Positions 14,106-16,239 of a DNA stretch of 16,239 nucleotides are shown piece by piece. Under the pieces are notes generated by a model. It was given only the letters and a program-made list of their open reading frames with translations. It did no database searches and was not told the DNA's origin. The DNA comes from a virus: the UHGV virus genome UHGV-1947574; one strand, written 5' to 3'. The translations under genes were made by a program, and so were the position numbers. Every line of letters starts with the position of its first letter. Positions within the stretch are counted from its first letter, which is position 1.

Positions 14106-14119
14106 GCTCTCTCCTTAAA

Positions 14120-14587
14120 TTACAGGCAGCGTGCGACAGCAGCCTCATAGCTGATGCCTTCTTTTTTGGACAGGGCCACTGCTTTCTGATGCAGGGCCAG
14201 ACGCTCAGGATCGGCTTCCGCAAACTCTGCCACATCCACCTTCACCGTGTCGCCGACACGCTCTTTTGTGGCCTGTTCGGCGAAATTCATCACCGGCTCC
14301 CCGTCGGAGAGCAATGAACGAAAGGCGGTGGCCAGCGGTGTGCGGCTTTCCCCCTCAGCAAACTCCACCGGCTTGTCGCCACCGGCGACGGCATCCAGCA
14401 GGGCAACCACCACGGAGGAGGCGCGGGGAGCCAGACGGCCCTCTGCGACCAGTTTTTCTGCAAAGGCCACATTGTCCTTATGCAGTTGCTCCTGTCTGAC
14501 CTGTGCATCACGCGCATCGCGATCAGCAGCCTGCTGCTTCAGGCGGCGGTTCTCCTCCTGAAGGGCTTCAATCTCTTCTTTTGTCAT
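14120..14587 (-). CDS. Nested in-frame scaffold ORF (Mu Z-like) inside protease gene
   Basis: Internal ATG at 14587..14585 (Met217) preceded by GAGGA with 7-nt spacing; downstream product is the coiled-coil C-terminal domain. Confidence 0.45.
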   Translation of the reverse strand: MTKEEIEALQEENRRLKQQAADRDARDAQVRQEQLHKDNVAFAEKLVAEGRLAPRASSVVVALLDAVAGGDKPVEFAEGESRTPLATAFRSLLSDGEPVMNFAEQATKERVGDTVKVDVAEFAEADPERLALHQKAVALSKKEGISYEAAVARCL

Positions 14588-15235
14588 CGATGATTCCTCG
14601 TTACTTGCGGAAGACGGCCCCGGGCCTGTCTCACTGAATTGTGCACCTGCTGCATCCTGCGACAGTGTGTCGCGGTACGCCTCTTCGCGCAGACTGTTGA
14701 GCTGCCATTCCGGCAGGACTTTTTCTGCCTCGTCCAGACTGAAGCGGGCGATCAGAAAATCGCGCAGCTTTCCCCACAGGGAGGCATTCGTGATGGCCTG
14801 CCAGTCGGCGAACTCCACCACACCTTCTTCCTGCTCACTGAAGGACACCTGTTTCAGCCCCTTGACGGAAGGTGGCTGTGCCCCGAGAAAGCCCACATGG
14901 CGAAGGTAGAGCACGCCGGGCTTCGGATTGGACGGTGAATCCGGGAGGTAGAAAGAGGCGGACACTTTTTTGAATCGTCCGTCGGTGACCATCTCAGCAA
15001 ACTGCGGGTCCAGCTGGGCAGGCTCTGCCATCAGATCGACGCCGCTGAGCGACAGGGCTTTCACCCAGCCCCACGCCGGGTCTTCCGTTCTGGGATGACC
15101 AATCACGAGTGGTGCTTCATGGACGGACGGGTCATAGGCTTTCACGCAGGCGGCAAGATCGTCTGGCGTGAACGGCAGTTTTTTGCCGTGCATATCGGTA
15201 TGAGTACCGGCTTTAAAAATGTGAATGGCTGACAT
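14120..15235 (-). CDS. Head maturation protease / scaffold (Mu I-like)
   Basis: 371 aa; ATG at 15235; N-terminal half resembles the Mu I protease family; C-terminal 155 aa is charged and coiled-coil-like ('EEIEALQEENRRLKQQAADRDARDAQVRQEQL...'), typical of a scaffold. Confidence 0.8.
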   Translation of the reverse strand: MSAIHIFKAGTHTDMHGKKLPFTPDDLAACVKAYDPSVHEAPLVIGHPRTEDPAWGWVKALSLSGVDLMAEPAQLDPQFAEMVTDGRFKKVSASFYLPDSPSNPKPGVLYLRHVGFLGAQPPSVKGLKQVSFSEQEEGVVEFADWQAITNASLWGKLRDFLIARFSLDEAEKVLPEWQLNSLREEAYRDTLSQDAAGAQFSETGPGPSSASNEESSMTKEEIEALQEENRRLKQQAADRDARDAQVRQEQLHKDNVAFAEKLVAEGRLAPRASSVVVALLDAVAGGDKPVEFAEGESRTPLATAFRSLLSDGEPVMNFAEQATKERVGDTVKVDVAEFAEADPERLALHQKAVALSKKEGISYEAAVARCL

Positions 15236-15360
15236 TTTGCTGTCCCGCGTTATGTTGTCGGAGACAGTTTGTGAGAAATGCAGGCCCGGCGATTTTAATC
15301 TGCTTTAGAAAACATCAGGGGAGAAGGACAGGGAAAGCAATGCGGTGAACCGGAGGCGGT

Positions 15361-15403
15361 TATAAAACAGAGGCTGTAAAGCCTTTATAAAGGTAATACA
15401 GCC
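15361..15403 (-). terminator. Hairpin with embedded perfect 12-bp palindrome plus T-tract (terminator and/or operator) in the G-I spacer
   Basis: Plus-strand GGCTGTA(15372..15378)...TACAGCC(15397..15403) forms a 7-bp stem enclosing the perfect palindrome CCTTTATAAAGG (15382..15393); on the minus-strand transcript the hairpin is followed by UCUGUUUUAU. Confidence 0.4.
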
Positions 15404-15449
15404 CCTCATTCGCTGGCAATGATAAATCACCCGCCTGAAGAGAGAAAAC

Positions 15450-15908
15450 TCAGCGACGGGCCGCTGATTCAAGATGGCGGACAATGGTATCGAGGATGGG
15501 GATTACCACTTCAGGCTGTAGTTCTCCATCCCCCGTCACCGGCAGGAACGGGCGGGCCGGAAGTTCAACAGACTCATTACGCCCCGTTTTACCCCCGAAC
15601 TGGTGAATGGCACCGTAAACAACGTTGGTCCCCACAACAGCCTGCCGGTCGTCATGGTCGGTTGATACTGACCCCATCAGACGCCCGGTATCCTGCAGTG
15701 TCTGCCCGTCACGTTCTTCCGCTGCCAGCGAGGGGATCCACCCCGGACGCCCCTCATCAAGAAAGTTAAACTGTGTTTCCGCCAGCAGGGTTCCGGCGAT
15801 TTTGCGCATCGCGGGCTCCAGGTCTGTGGCAGCAAGATCCAGCGCACGGAGGCTCCGGCGCAGGGATTTATCGTTAATGGTGATACTGACCAGGTTATCG
15901 GAAGCCAT
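15450..15908 (-). CDS. Virion morphogenesis protein (Mu G-like)
   Basis: 152 aa; ATG at 15908 with GAGAGGA upstream; position before the protease as in Mu F-G-I-T. Confidence 0.75.
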   Translation of the reverse strand: MASDNLVSITINDKSLRRSLRALDLAATDLEPAMRKIAGTLLAETQFNFLDEGRPGWIPSLAAEERDGQTLQDTGRLMGSVSTDHDDRQAVVGTNVVYGAIHQFGGKTGRNESVELPARPFLPVTGDGELQPEVVIPILDTIVRHLESAARR

Positions 15909-15910
15909 TG

Positions 15911-16168
15911 TTATCCTCTCAGTTCCTGTTGTGCCAGTGGCTGAAGCGTACCCTGATAGCGGGCCAGGTCGGGACGGTATGCTGCCCCCGGTGCATAAGA
16001 CCAGCCGACGTCGGTGGTCACCTTCGTGGTGCCGGTATTAAAGGTGGCCACGTTCCGCATTTCGCCGGTTTTCTCTGAGACCAGTTTCAGTTCCTGGCCC
16101 ATGGCAGAGCCGGAGCTGATAACCTTCAGGCCACGGGCACGTACATCCGCCGCACTCAGGGCAATCAC
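15911..16168 (-). CDS. Hypothetical small protein
   Basis: 85-aa ORF with GTG start at 16168..16166 overlapping the TGA (16167..16165) of an upstream frame (GTGA), the same coupling pattern as elsewhere in the operon; no family recognised. Confidence 0.4.
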   Translation of the reverse strand: MIALSAADVRARGLKVISSGSAMGQELKLVSEKTGEMRNVATFNTGTTKVTTDVGWSYAPGAAYRPDLARYQGTLQPLAQQELRG

Positions 16169-16239
16169 ACTACAGCGGCAGCGCCAGCCGTTCGGCGGGG
16201 AAAAAGGCCTGCAGGACCGGGGCCTCCCACGTAAGGGAT
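16165..16239 (-). CDS. 3' end of upstream head-region gene (5'-partial, runs off window)
   Basis: Frame ending TGA at 16167..16165 encodes '...IPYVGGPGPAGLFPRRTAGAAAVV' with ordinary codons; the alternative frame is rich in rare AGG/CGG/GGG codons. Confidence 0.3.
   Translation of the reverse strand: MPYVGGPGPAGLFPRRTAGAAAVV

Noticed and set aside
1-16239. Defence island, CRISPR array, tRNA/attachment site, integrase or toxin-antitoxin pair
   Set aside because: No short direct-repeat/spacer array, no tRNA-like sequence, no opposite-strand cargo genes; the window is filled by one co-directional structural operon. Such elements, if present, lie outside this window.

Overview
The window is a near-contiguous late/structural operon of a contractile-tailed (myovirus-type) prophage, with every credible gene on the minus strand. 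Read in transcription order (high to low coordinate) it runs: 3' end of an upstream head gene, small ORF, Mu G-like morphogenesis protein, Mu I-like protease/scaffold, Mu T-like major head protein, Gly/Ala-rich small head protein, Mu gp36/gp37/gp38-like connector proteins, tail sheath, tail tube, small unassigned ORF, tail assembly chaperone with an overlapping out-of-frame extension, 983-aa tape measure protein, P2 gpU-like, gpX-like, gpD-like hub, gpV-like spike, gpW/gp25-like, gpJ-like, gpI-like, and a repeat-rich tail fiber that crosses a 58-N assembly gap and runs off the window start. Family assignments rest on reading the supplied translations against remembered family signatures; no database search was run. 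Most gene junctions are 1-13 nt stop/start overlaps, so the few non-coding spacers stand out. I see no CRISPR array, tRNA, integrase, toxin-antitoxin or recognisable defence-system genes: all long plus-strand ORFs are antisense shadows of the structural genes. I did not find a novel system; the points worth a second look are a recent in-frame tandem duplication in the tape measure gene, a chaperone frameshift with +1/-2 rather than -1 geometry, a hix/gix-like invertase crossover candidate inside the tail fiber gene, and several structured non-coding spacers.
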